A stretch of 57,592 bases of DNA, counting the filler, from Basidioascus undulatus (Eukaryota), in NCBI GenBank assembly GCA_000826855.1. It is 4 parts of 4 records of this genome, joined end to end, with 100 filler letters (N's around TTAATTAATTAA, not from the genome) between each part and the next. Parts side by side here need not be neighbours in the genome. Positions count along the whole stretch, not along the records: positions 12,855 to 25,602 come from JTLS01000880.1; positions 25,703 to 38,438 come from JTLS01000881.1; 2 more parts are not named here. The stretch is one strand, 5' to 3'. Both the position numbers and the translations under genes were made by a program. Each line of letters begins with the position of its first letter. Position 1 is the first letter of the stretch. The notes beneath the pieces were generated by a model that worked only from the letters and a program-made list of their open reading frames with translations, made no database searches and was not told the origin of the DNA. Below are positions 12,954 to 26,863 of the stretch, piece after piece.

Positions 12954-13111
12954 ACATCTACGGCACCGTCGCTGGCCAGTCGGCGCTGATCGACACGCTC
13001 CTCGGCCGCCTGCGCAAGAAGATCGAGGACGAGGTCCACTTCCAGGACGAGCTCGTCCAGGTCCGCGGCGCGCTCGACATGGTCTTTGCCCAGGCGGCGC
13101 TGAGATCATGA
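12954..13111 (+). CDS. UTP15: Last exon of U3 snoRNA-associated protein 15 (gene truncated by contig start)
   Basis: After the CAG acceptor: (D)IYGTVAGQSALIDTLLGRLRKKIEDEVHFQDELVQVRGALDMVFAQAALRS*, matching the UTP15 C-terminal domain pattern. Confidence 0.8.
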
Positions 13112-13363
13112 GGCGTGCGGTGAAGTGTACAATGGATATTTAGACCTCATCTAGCGCTGGACTGTGTGCGACGTATGGCGCATGTCGTCGACTTTCTCTT
13201 ACGCCCTGCGAATGTGGATGTGCCAGAGTTGATACAGCACCCCTTTCAGACTATCTTCACAGACAGAATGGCTACTTCTACTTCTTGCACGTCCAAAACG
13301 AGAAAGGGCAAGGTCTGCGCCGATCTGCGCGATGGACGGCTCCCGCGCACATGTACTTTTCCA

Positions 13364-14230
13364 TCATAGGACAACGCACGTCGTCTTCCACCTGTTCTTC
13401 TTGTAACATGCCCTTCCCGAGCCGCACACTGGAAGACCTCCTGCACGCCCTCGCTCATGCGCGCTGAGCACTCCAGGTAATGCAGGGCGCCTATCCTTTG
13501 CGCCACGGCTTGACCCTGCGATCCAATCGTCAACGCTGCGTGTTCTGAAGGGAGAAACTTCATGAAAACGCACTTCTTCGGACGTGATGGGATGCAGGCC
13601 GAGCTTCGCGAGCTCCTCGACCGTCTTAGGGTCTTCACGAAGGTCGGTTTTGCACGCGACGAGAGCGACAGGGACGTTAGAGCGGCCGAACTGCGCGATC
13701 TCAGGGAGCCACTGTGGCAGCTCAATTGTCAGATGTAAGCGGATTTGAACAAACCCCCTGAATAACTAGTGGTCCGACCTCCTTTTCGACGTAGGCAAGC
13801 GAGTTGGGCGAGTCCACTCCGAAGCAGGCGAGGACAGCATGGCTCTTGGGGTACGAAAGCGCACGTAAGCGGCTGTAGTCCGGCGAGCCACATGCGTCCG
13901 GCCTTTGTCATGTGCATAGAAAGATTCAGAATACTTGGCTTGGTTGGACCATGGGGGCGAAGAGAAGTCCTCACAGGGAAAGCTCGACGTTCTTCTCGTC
14001 CACCTCAACGTCGACGACAGACTCCCGGAAGCGGATGAACACTTGCGGGGGGGTAGGCCCGGGAGTTATTGGTAAGTTTTGAGAACATGTTGGACAGCTG
14101 AACTGACAGTGTGATTGTAGGAAGCACAGCAACCGACCTCCGGGAATGAGCCTTTGGTGAAAGCAATCAGGAGACAGGTCTTTCCGCATCGTTCATCCCT
14201 GACAACGAGCAGAGTGCAAGATTTGGACGT
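13364..14230 (-). pseudogene. Divergent Rho1-like small GTPase, copy A (probably non-functional)
   Basis: Exons LLVVRDERCGKTCLLIAFTKGSFPE; VDVEVDEKNVELSL; PDACGSPDYSRLRALSYPKSHAVLACFGVDSPNSL; WLPEIAQF..VPVALVACKTDLRED; YLECSARMSEGVQEVFQCAARE. The first P-loop Gly is Arg, the switch-I exon acceptor reads CAA, and the CAAX end (KTTCVVL*) is out of frame. Confidence 0.85.
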
Positions 14231-14925
14231 ATTCGAGATGATCGTATCAGAGAGTGCAGTTGAGAGAAGTTTCGAAGATTCCGACCTACATCTCGGAGGG
14301 GTCGGCTGGTGAGTGGTGGAACTGGGAAGATAAGGTAGGCAGGTAGGGTCTGGGTAGCTTGAGGGAAGTGGTGAAAGTGCAAGGCAATTGGGCAAGTTCG
14401 CTGCCGTCCAAGCCGTTGAACTGAATTGCAGTCCAGCTCCTGAAGCGGGTGGCAGCGAGTGAACCAGGCGCGTGGCTGGCTCAGCTCGCGGGGGTCGATC
14501 CCTGACGAAAGCCGTCAAGGTGGAATGTCCACAGTCTTACAATTGTTCACCGTGTGATATATTTTTGTTCGACTTCATTGTATCCCAGGTGTACTTGTCC
14601 CTCGCTTTGCAAAGCTCGCCTTCTGGCGCTGCCTTTCCACTGTTGTTCGTACTCCGCACGCGGCTTCACCTAATATGGTTCGAGGAGCGACTTCGGTATG
14701 ACCCGAACTCTCATTAGAACGCTATAGAATCCTCGAAGTTCCGCTTGTAACGATCATGCCGGCCTTCCGTGCTGTGTCGGCCTGATGACTGAGAGTCTCC
14801 GCCCTGCCTCAGGTTGCCTGAGTCTCCTTGCCTCCTGCCATCACCTCCTCAAAACGACTGGCGCCAACGTCCCCCAAGCACATACTCCTAGCTCTCATTC
14901 TTTCAACTTCTCATCATCGCCTTCA

Positions 14926-16502
14926 ATGTATCCAGACGTCACGTGCTCTGTGACTTCGCGTTCGGACTCGCGCTCGTCGCCGTGCGGAACCTCGACGCCT
15001 TCGCTCAAGTGCATCCCGGCAGAGCTGCTTCTTGTGATCGGAGACTTCTGCGACAAGGAGTCTCTCAAAGCTCTATCTTCCATCAATTACCGGACTGGTA
15101 CTGTCCTGCTCCCGAAAGTCTTCGAGCGCGTCCTTCGCGTCGCGGAAGACACCTTAATGGACCTCAACAACGGCGTCAAAAGAAACCCGGCACTGTCCCA
15201 GGTTATACGGTCAGTAGGCAAGCTACTTTAAAATCTCTGTGAGTCTGTTAAGTGCCTTGACTGTTTTGCAGGGGGGCTGGCTTTGGGTAATGAGCTTGAT
15301 ATCGGCCGCGTCGCTGCGCTCACCGAACTTCTAGGTTCCCTCACTCTTCTACAAGACACTTCTCTTAGAGATTGTTCCCGTGCCCTTTCTACGCTTGGCG
15401 ACAGTACGCAGTCACGGCTACTCGTCAACACCCTCGCGATCTTGCCCGGCTTGCAGAGCCTCGCGCTTTCAATCGATCATGTGCTCCCTCACTCGTTTAT
15501 GGACAAAACAGGCTTGAAATCGAGATCCCCGTAACTTATACGTCCAGCGAAACACCCGCCTGGCAGCGGCCCTCGTCTGCTCGCAATAGCTTGCGAGTTG
15601 GTCCAGCGCAACGCTACGACTCTGACCCATCTTCAGCTTGACGCGGCGGCCTTCGCGCATCTGAACAATATGCTTCGTTTGAATTGGCACATCGACCGCT
15701 CCTGGAGCCTGGCCTGAATGGTCTCGAGCGTCTAAAGTTATGTGGGGATTGCTTTCTGCCCCTTGTTCCTCCCGCAACAGATGCGCCGCCTTGTCTGCTT
15801 CTCTCGCCTTTCACGTCTCTCCGGTCGCTTGTGGTCGTCTCAGGGGACGCGAAGGCTCAGGATGGCATCTTGGCTTTATGCCCTGGGTTGGAGCAGCTGC
15901 AAATTGAGTGCTGCGAGACCTCCAACCTGCTCGGCCTCCTAGAGGGTCTCCCTGCTCGCTCTGCGCTTCGTCACTTGAGCTTCGCAGTTGATAGCTTGGA
16001 TCACAGCGAGCTGGAGACTATACTACGATACACCCCATGTCTTACTCACCTTGGATTTCAAACTGTAAGCGGCATCCAACCTGTACTGTAAGAGTTCCTT
16101 TTGGACCCCTGCAAACGTGCTGAATGCCTGCCTTGAGATCTACGCTTACTCAAGTCGCGCCGTCGGAATCGGTTGCAGTCAGCGTTGTTCCACGCCTGTG
16201 CCATTGCCACTCGTCTTGGTACGCTTGAAGTTGAGCTTCTTCACCCTAGGGATTCATACCCCTGGAATGGTATAGACGGGGTGCACTCCGAGGTCAATGC
16301 AACGCACATAGAGTGCGGCAAGCTCTCCGCACGCGTAGTGGAGAAACTGGCTGCACGCCTTCCATCGCTCACGTCCGTGAGGTGGACTTCATGGAGCGGA
16401 ATTTGCGGCCCGTTCATTTCCTTCCTCCCCGTCGAGAGTGGCCTTGTTGCGGGTTGTGAAATGGAGGGTGGTGAGATCGAGGATGGTAGCGTTGGCGGCT
16501 AG
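14926..16502 (+). pseudogene. F-box + leucine-rich (RNI-like) repeat protein, disrupted
   Basis: F-box-like SLKCIPAELLLVIGDFCDKESLKALSSIN; LRR-like LPGLQSLAL, TTLTHLQLD, TSLRSLVV, CPGLEQLQI, LPSLTSVRW. In-frame TAA at 15532 and a frame change near 15700 with no plausible intron. Confidence 0.6.
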
Positions 16503-16712
16503 CAGTATGCCACATTGCATGCGTTCGGTTTAGGCAAAGTGAATGTGTCCTTGAACATATGGGCACCAACCGGGATCATTGTTGGTCACGCATGTGCTTG
16601 ACCGCTTGACGGGGCTAACAGTGATGCTGCCGAACCGGTCAAGGATCCCGAACCGCCGTGCTCGTGTGAAGATATGCGGGAGTGAGTGCCGCCTACTTCA
16701 CAGGCATTTTTA

Positions 16713-17732
16713 TCACATATTTACGTGCAAGCTCTCGTACAACACTGAAAACCTCAAAAAAAGGGGGGGCTTCTCCGAGATAGGCAAGTAACGCGTAGTA
16801 CAAGTCCCGCCTGCATTCCAGTCAAAGGCATTCCTATTCCTACTTGTGGGTTGCTCATGACGGAGGCCCTCCTGTGTGAGATGCTCGAACACCTCCTTGA
16901 GGCCCACGGTCAGAAGGGCCGAACACTCCAGGTATTTCGGGGTCCTGAGCTTCTCCGCGATCGCTCGGCCCTGCATGGTCGTCATCCCCTTAACATTGTT
17001 TGTTCACTGAAAGATGTTGAAAAAGGCGCACTTCCTCGGGCGTAACAGGTGAATGGTTCAGTTTTTTCAGGTCCTCGATCGTCTTCTGGTCCTGGCGAAG
17101 GTCCGTCTTGCAAGCGAGCAGAACCAAAGGAACGCCCGGGCAATCGTGCGCGACCCCCGGGAACCAATGCAGGCCGTCGCAGTGAGGTCGGATACTCATA
17201 CGCTTAGCTGGGCGAATCGACCGCAATGTATGTACCAATCTCTCGTACCTCGTTCGCGACACTGTTCAGGGATTCGGGAGAGTCGGCGGAAAAGCAGATG
17301 AGAACGACGTCCGTTTTGAGGTACGCCAGCTTGCACAAATGGCGCTGCTCTAGCGAGACGGGCATATCAAATCTGCTCTCAAGAAATTTCAGAGAGTTTG
17401 CATCCACGGGTGGACGTTGAAATTGCTCACAAATTAAGTACGACGTGCTTTCCGTCCACGTTCATATCCACGGTTGGCTCGTACGGGTAGAAGCGACTGA
17501 AGCCCTGGAATAAAGAGGCAGCCAGTCAGCTTGAAGAGTGATTTACACCGAGAAAATAGACAGCAATATCGCGCACTCACCTCTGGTAGTTCGCCCCGAT
17601 TGAAGGCAATTGAGAGAGCGGTCTTCCCGCACAGCTCATCACCGACAATGACCAGCTTGCAAGCCACCGGCCTATTGCAGATTCAGTGGGTCTTCAGCAG
17701 CAACCCAAAGAGATACTGAGGTGGTTTGACAT
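16713..17732 (-). pseudogene. Divergent Rho1-like small GTPase, copy B (probably non-functional)
   Basis: KLVIVGDELCGKTALSIAFNRGELPE; VDMNVDGKHVVLNL; FDMPVSLEQRHLCKLAYLKTDVVLICFSADSPESL; WFPGVAHDCPGVPLVLLACKTDLRQD; YLECSALLTVGLKEVFE. DxxG is lost, the acceptor before WFPG reads CAT instead of CAG, and there is no CAAX. Intron positions match copy A. Confidence 0.82.
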
Positions 17733-18174
17733 ACAGCTCAACTATCTCTTTTGCCATTGATGCCAGAAGAATAATGATGTAGTATTTGGCGATTGCGGCG
17801 AAGTGATCAATGCGAGAGCGAATGGCTGCCTGACACTACAACTAGGTAGGATGTGGTGTGGCATTCTTCGGTTAAGGCACTCGGAGCTCAGAGAGTGTAT
17901 TAAGTGAGCCAGTGGGCGTTGAGAAGACAAGTTCCATGGCTTGATAAGAGGCTTTACGGGGAAGTTGAGAGGCTAGGTGAGTAACGGCTAGCCAGTACTT
18001 CACCACTGGAGTAGAAAGCCGCAGAAAAGCAAGCGTGCATGCAGCCCGTATATTTGCCAAAAGGATACATAGCCTTATCAAAGCACGATATGCCTGAAGC
18101 GATCCACCTACGCGTAATACTCGCCATGCCCCTCATCTTCCTCGCCGTCGTCATCCTCGGCCAGCCGCCGGCAG

Positions 18175-19950
18175 TCAGAACCCCCCCTCCGAGTCCGAAT
18201 CGCTCTCGTCCTCAATGACGCCCTCGCCCACGTGCTCTTCGCGAACCCATACACCGCGTGGCGGAAGCATCGCCGCCTCCAAGCTCGACACGTTGCGAAA
18301 TAGCGCGCGGGCGAGGGGCGCACTGTCGTCCGGATCCAACTGATCGCGCTCGTCGCACTTCATGCGATGCGAGTAGAGCCGGAGAGCACTGAAGTGGCCC
18401 AGCGCGGTTGTAAAGAGGTGGATCTGGATGAGGGGAGCAGGCCAGCGTCGGTTAAGAGACGCTAGTCATGGCTCGAGCGAGAGCCATGGCTTACGGCAGC
18501 GGAACCGGTGAGACGGTGCTCGAGTGCGTGCAAGGTGAGAGCCTCAAGTTTGGGCAGGGCGCGAGCTAGAGGGCCGAGCCAGTCGATTGCCGAGTCCGGG
18601 GATAAGTTTGGTGTGGAGAACTCGAGCAAGGAGAGCTTAGGCAAGGACGCCAGTGCCCCGCGCAGTTCAGCAGAGTCCAGAGCACGCTCGAAAGTTCGTC
18701 GGAGCAAGGTCGGCGCCAGGTGGGTAAGTGTCGCTGGCCTGTTGAGCGGCTCCAAGGACAGCCCTATGCGGACGTCCTCCAGGGCCGTCTGGCGCTCGAG
18801 GAACGCGGCGCAGGCCGAGACGATCATGCTGGAGCAGTCGCTCGACATGATGGCAAGAGAGGGTGCGAAGACGAGCTCGACCTTGGCGAGGGACTGAAGA
18901 GCGGAACAGGACGAGAGCGCCTCGAGCAAGACGGGATCCTTTGGCATGCACGCGAGAGAGAGCCGTTTGAGCGCCTTGCCCGGGCAGCGGGGGTTCGGCG
19001 CCGGTGGGAAGAGATGGGCGGCATCGGCGGGAGTGAGAGAGAGGGTGCTGAGCGTGAGGTCTTTTGATCTGCTCAGGTCGATGGCGACCGCGACGTCGGA
19101 TAGTTCAGTGGAAGAGTCCGTGGAAGCGAAGCTCATGCTGTCCTGGTCCGACGAGATCTTCGTCGAAGCAACCAGAGCAGTGACGCCGCACAGTTCGACT
19201 TTGCGGGGCGAGATATCGATCTCGAGAGAAGGACAGTCGGGACGGCATTCGAGTTCGACATGACGGAGCCTGAGCTCTTCGATAAAGATGGCGGCGGTCA
19301 GGTCGAGCTCGACGAAGCGCAGGTTTCTGGTGAGAAACAACGACTGAGATCAGTGCATGACCATACCCCTGACAGAAACTGCTCACTGCAGATCAAGGCT
19401 TCGGAGCGATGGAAGGTGCAGGCGAAGAGCGCAGAAAAGATTGGCGGGCATCCCTCCGGGACTCGCACCCCTCCTGGACATCGGCGCAGACCACTGAATG
19501 CTCCGCAGGGGCTCGAGGCATGCGAGTAGGTTGCACAGGACTGTCATTCAAGAGATGATGCTTGTGAGCGTCATGCAAGACCGCGTATGGGAAAGACACC
19601 GACGCACGCCTCGTAATAGTCGACAAGGACCTCACGAACCGCTGCTGCCCGCGCTTATCCCGTCTGCTGCTGGAGCTCAGCCGCGGCGCCCAGAGCACGA
19701 CCACATCGCGCACGGCGTCCCTCAGTCGCGGCTCGCGCGCGTATTGCTCGAGCTTGTGGATCGCGCCCGGGCAGTTCCAGCGCTCCTGCGCGTCGACGGT
19801 TAGCCGTTCGAAGCTACGAGCGAAGCCGACTGCGTGCATGCCCTTCGCGACGGTGCACGGCGCGACCTTGCGCCAGGCGTCGAACTCGGCGTGCTGAGCG
19901 TAGGAGCCTATTTTGAACCAGATCTCGCCGGGGAGCGCGTCGGGGCGCAT
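18175..19950 (-). CDS. F-box-like + leucine-rich repeat protein
   Basis: N-terminal MRPDALPGEIWFKIGSYA...FERLTV, then LRR-like LPSLRSLDL, ALKRLSL, ALEDVRIGL, LPKLSLLEF, LPKLEALTL and an acidic tail. Splices cleanly with GT-AG introns. Confidence 0.65.
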
Positions 19951-20304
19951 GCTGCGGCGAGGGCTGGCTCAAATGATGTCTCTGGACTAGATGGAGGGAG
20001 GAAGGCAAGAGAGGACTGGCCGGCCGCAGTGCTGGCCTCAACTGACGCCCGCGCGTGAGACTTCGCAATTCGCAAAATTAGGCTGTTGCGCTATGTCGAT
20101 ATGCAGCTATCGTTCTTGACAAGATAGGCATTAGCGGCACCAAGAGTCGGCATTTGTAACGCAGCGTGGAAGGCAAACATTTCACACCAGCATGCAACAC
20201 TCATCGAGTCATGTCTATCGTATGAAAAAGTGCGCCGCCGCCAAAAGCCACGTCTACAAGCGCCGCAGCGTGCCCCTCACCTTCCCGCCTCCACCCCCTC
20301 AAGC

Positions 20305-23690
<3,386 letters not shown>

Positions 23691-24039
23691 GGTGGTGGTT
23701 TCTGGGAGAGCCTGCGATATATAATACAGGTGTGGATATCAGGCGTGTTCTGTTGGGCGTGTGGGTGTCGTGGCGGCGTGAATCGGTGTGTGCGGTGGTG
23801 GACGTGGAAGGTGTCCAAGCTGTCAAGGCTGCGGTTGCCCCTTTGGTTCCGGCTGTCGCTGTCGCCGGCCCACACTCCCAACTTCCGCTTGATTTTTCCA
23901 AGTTCGCTCTTGCTCTCATCCTTGTCTTCTCTCGCCTTGCTCTGCTCCCTCCCCGGCCCTCTGGCTCGCGCCCCCCTTCTCTTCAGCATCGAGCCTTCCC
24001 CCGGGCTCTGCAGAATTACACTCCCCGCGTCCGACTTCT
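23691..24039. promoter_or_regulatory. Short divergent (bidirectional) promoter region between SEC18 and SET-Tad3
   Basis: About 350 bp between head-to-head start codons at 23690 (-) and 24040 (+). Confidence 0.5.
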
Positions 24040-25602
24040 ATGCACGATAGCGAATCATCATGGCAGCATCAGCAGTATTCACATGCTCAACAACAACAGG
24101 TGCGCGAACTAGCCCAGTCTCCAGCCCCCGCTCGGCTCTGTGCTCATGCGTCTTGGCCTCCAGCAACCCACCGAGACGCCGCATCTCAACCCGCACGGGC
24201 TCAGGATTCTGTCGACGCCCGATCGCGGACGCGGGGTCTTTGCTTCGAAGCCCATTCCCCGCGGGACTCTGCTCGAGGTCTCGCCCGTCTTGCTCTTCGG
24301 CAAGGAGGTGCGTTTTCCTGAAACGGGAGGGGGGCTGCTTGTTGGGGATGGATATTGAGAAGGGGAGGGACGTGATCAGGAATACGCAACCCATGGACGG
24401 CACACGGCGGTTGATGGGTACACGTTCGTCTGGCCCGGAGGCGGAGGAAAGATGGCGCTTGCGCTGGGCATCAGTGCGTCTCTTCCCACCCCGTCCCATC
24501 CTCATCACCCTCTGACATCCCCGAAATGATACGAGCAGGTTCCATTTTCAACCATTCCCCCACGCCCAACGTCTCGTACACGATCCAGACGTCCACGCTT
24601 TCCATCGGCTTCTCCACCGTCCGCGACGTCGCGCCCGACGACGAGCTCTGCATCTCATACGGGCCCGAGTCGAAGCTGTGGTTTGCGCCCGCCGGGCGGG
24701 AGGGCTCGCAGTGGGAGGAGGATCGGCTGGACTCGCCGGAGAAGATGCTTGGGTTCGTGTTCGGGTTGGAGGGTGGGGCAGAGGCGGAAACTGAGGAGAA
24801 CGGGAAGGAGAAGGAGCTCAGCCCCGCCAACGGCATCCTTCTGAACGTTTCTCGGGCGTCTCGCTCACTCAGCGCCGATGCTTCCCCGTCCGCCTCGCCC
24901 CCGCTCTCGGACAACTGTACGCGCGTCCCGCTCGAGAAGCTGCCCGTTCGGCGCGTCACGGACCTGGTGGATGAGTCGCTGTGCGTGTACGAGAACGGGG
25001 ATGTCATTCTGGGTGTGTCCCCTTTCTTCTCATCCCATCTCGCGCCCGAGGTCCGTCAGGCTGATGCAGGGGAGCGGCAGCGGACGCTTGGGTGGTGGAC
25101 CTCACGGACGTGCTGCAGACACGGGAACTCCTCAAGTGCGTTGGCTGAAGTCGTACTCTCCCGGCTCGGTGACAAGCTGCTAATTGGCAAACGCAGATTC
25201 GCCAACCGATGGAAGCTCGAGGACGCAAAAAAGCAGGAGGAGACGAAACATGTGAAGCGTGTGCGGAAGATGCTCGGCGGCGATGCGGGTCTTCGTGTGT
25301 CCTCTTCCGCTCCCTTTCCCTTATTTCTCACTCACCAACTCGCGTTCCTCTCCCTCAGCTCCTCAAATCACAGTCTACCTCTGCTCCGCCTCTCCCAGCG
25401 TAACGCGCGAGTCGCTCCAGTCCCTCCTGCGCGAAACGCACCCGTCCGTCGCCTCCCTGGTGCCGTACCTCGCGCGCGTCCCCGCGCGGCGCCCGCGCTC
25501 GCTCGACGACGTGCAGGCGTGCGAGCGCGTCTGGCCGGTGCTGTACACGCCGCGGATCGCGGGCGCGACGGAGATGGCGGAGGCGTGGGAGGTGCGGCGG
25601 GT
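24040..25602 (+). CDS. SET-domain methyltransferase fused to a Tad3/ADAT3-like tRNA adenosine-34 deaminase subunit N-terminal region (3'-truncated by contig end)
   Basis: SET motifs GRGVFASKPIPRGTLLEVSPVLLF, YTFVW, SIFNHSPTPNVSY and DDELCISYG. The same exon continues with no stop into DAWVVDL...KHVKRVRK...PYLARVPARRPRSLDDVQACERVWPVLYTP, typical of the Tad3 N-domain. Confidence 0.78.
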
Positions 25603-25702
25603 NNNNNNNNNNNNNNNNNNNNNNNNNNNNNNNNNNNNNNNNNNNNTTAATTAATTAANNNNNNNNNNNNNNNNNNNNNNNNNNNNNNNNNNNNNNNNNN
25701 NN
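25603..25702. other. Artificial contig spacer
   Basis: N44-TTAATTAATTAA-N44. Confidence 0.98.
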
Positions 25703-26863
25703 GGAGGGAGGGGCGGGGGAGAGGCGACGAACTCGATCTCGTTGAAGTAGACGGAGACGAGCCCGTCTTGCAGCTTCTTGGTAGGCAGCGCGGAGAGGAC
25801 GGTGTGGAAGGTCTTGAGCGTGATGCCGCTCGCAGTGAGCAGCCGTTGTACGCGCTCGAATGTCGTCTCGTTCCCGCGAGGGACGTTCGGCGCGAGGGGT
25901 GAGGGGACACCGATAGGTGGTAGCTTGAGTGAGGACTGCAATGAATCAGATGTCAGCGACTTGCCTTCTCGATTCGAGGTCCCAATAGTTGCACGCACCA
26001 AAGAGTTGTTGGACACGCTCGTCATCGCGCTCGCCCCGAACCACCTGCCCTTATCCAGGCGTCCCTCGCGGCCCTCCTCGCCCTCCTCGACCTCCGACTC
26101 ATCGTCGTCCTCCTCCTCGAGCGGGCGCGCGCCGGGGGGCGTGCTCCCCGCGGCGCTCGCCTTCCCAGTGCCGTGCGCCGCCGGCGCTGGTCGCGGGGCG
26201 GTCAGGTGCTTCGCGAGGAGGCCCTCGATGCGGTTCACGGCGGTCGTGAGCGTGTCTAGGCGCGCACGCATGTCCGCTTCCATCTCGAACGGGTCGTCGA
26301 CGCCGTTGACGAACGAGCGGCAGAGGTGCGGTACTTTGCGCGCTATGCACTGGTCGCATGGTTGTTGGCGGTTGCACTGCAGAAAGAGGACAGTCAGACG
26401 TGTTCTGTGGCTACTCGGGATCACATCGCTCAGGATTTGCCTTCTGTTTTCGCCTGTAAAGCATGAAGTTCAGCAATTTTGCTAGAGTACAAGAAGAGGT
26501 GTTTATGTGTACGCACCGATGGCATTCAGAGCAGCTGTAGTGGACGCGCTTCCGCTTCTCCTTGTGCTCGCCGTCCTCGCCCTCCTTGCCCTTGCCCTTG
26601 CTCTTCTTGGAGCTCTCGGACGCGCCAGACCCGATGCTCACAGACCCGCCCCCCTCGAGCTTGACCTTGGTCGAGTCGCGGCGGCTCTGGCTCTTGCCCG
26701 TCTTGGGGGTCTCGGACGCGGAGCTGGAGGAGGCGACCGAGGACGGTAGTGGGAGGAGCTGCGGCTGGTGCTGCTGCTGCAGCGGAGACGGGTGCGGGTG
26801 GTGCTGGTGTCCCCCGCTGAGGATGTCCAGCGGCGCGAAGGAGGGCGAGGCGGAGTGCGACAT
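25703..26863 (-). CDS. Zn(II)2Cys6 fungal transcription factor, 5' part (truncated by contig boundary)
   Basis: Spliced KRKRVHYSCSECHRRKQKCNRQQPCDQCIARKVPHLC (C-x2-C-x6-C-x5-C-x2-C-x8-C), coiled coil RARLDTLTTAVNRIEGLL, and LPTKKLQDGLVSVYF at the start of the fungal TF middle-homology region. Confidence 0.92.

Noticed and set aside
13971..13975. Apparent premature TGA after VELSL in Rho copy A
   Set aside because: It is part of the intron donor GTGAGG. Copy B has an intron at the same position.
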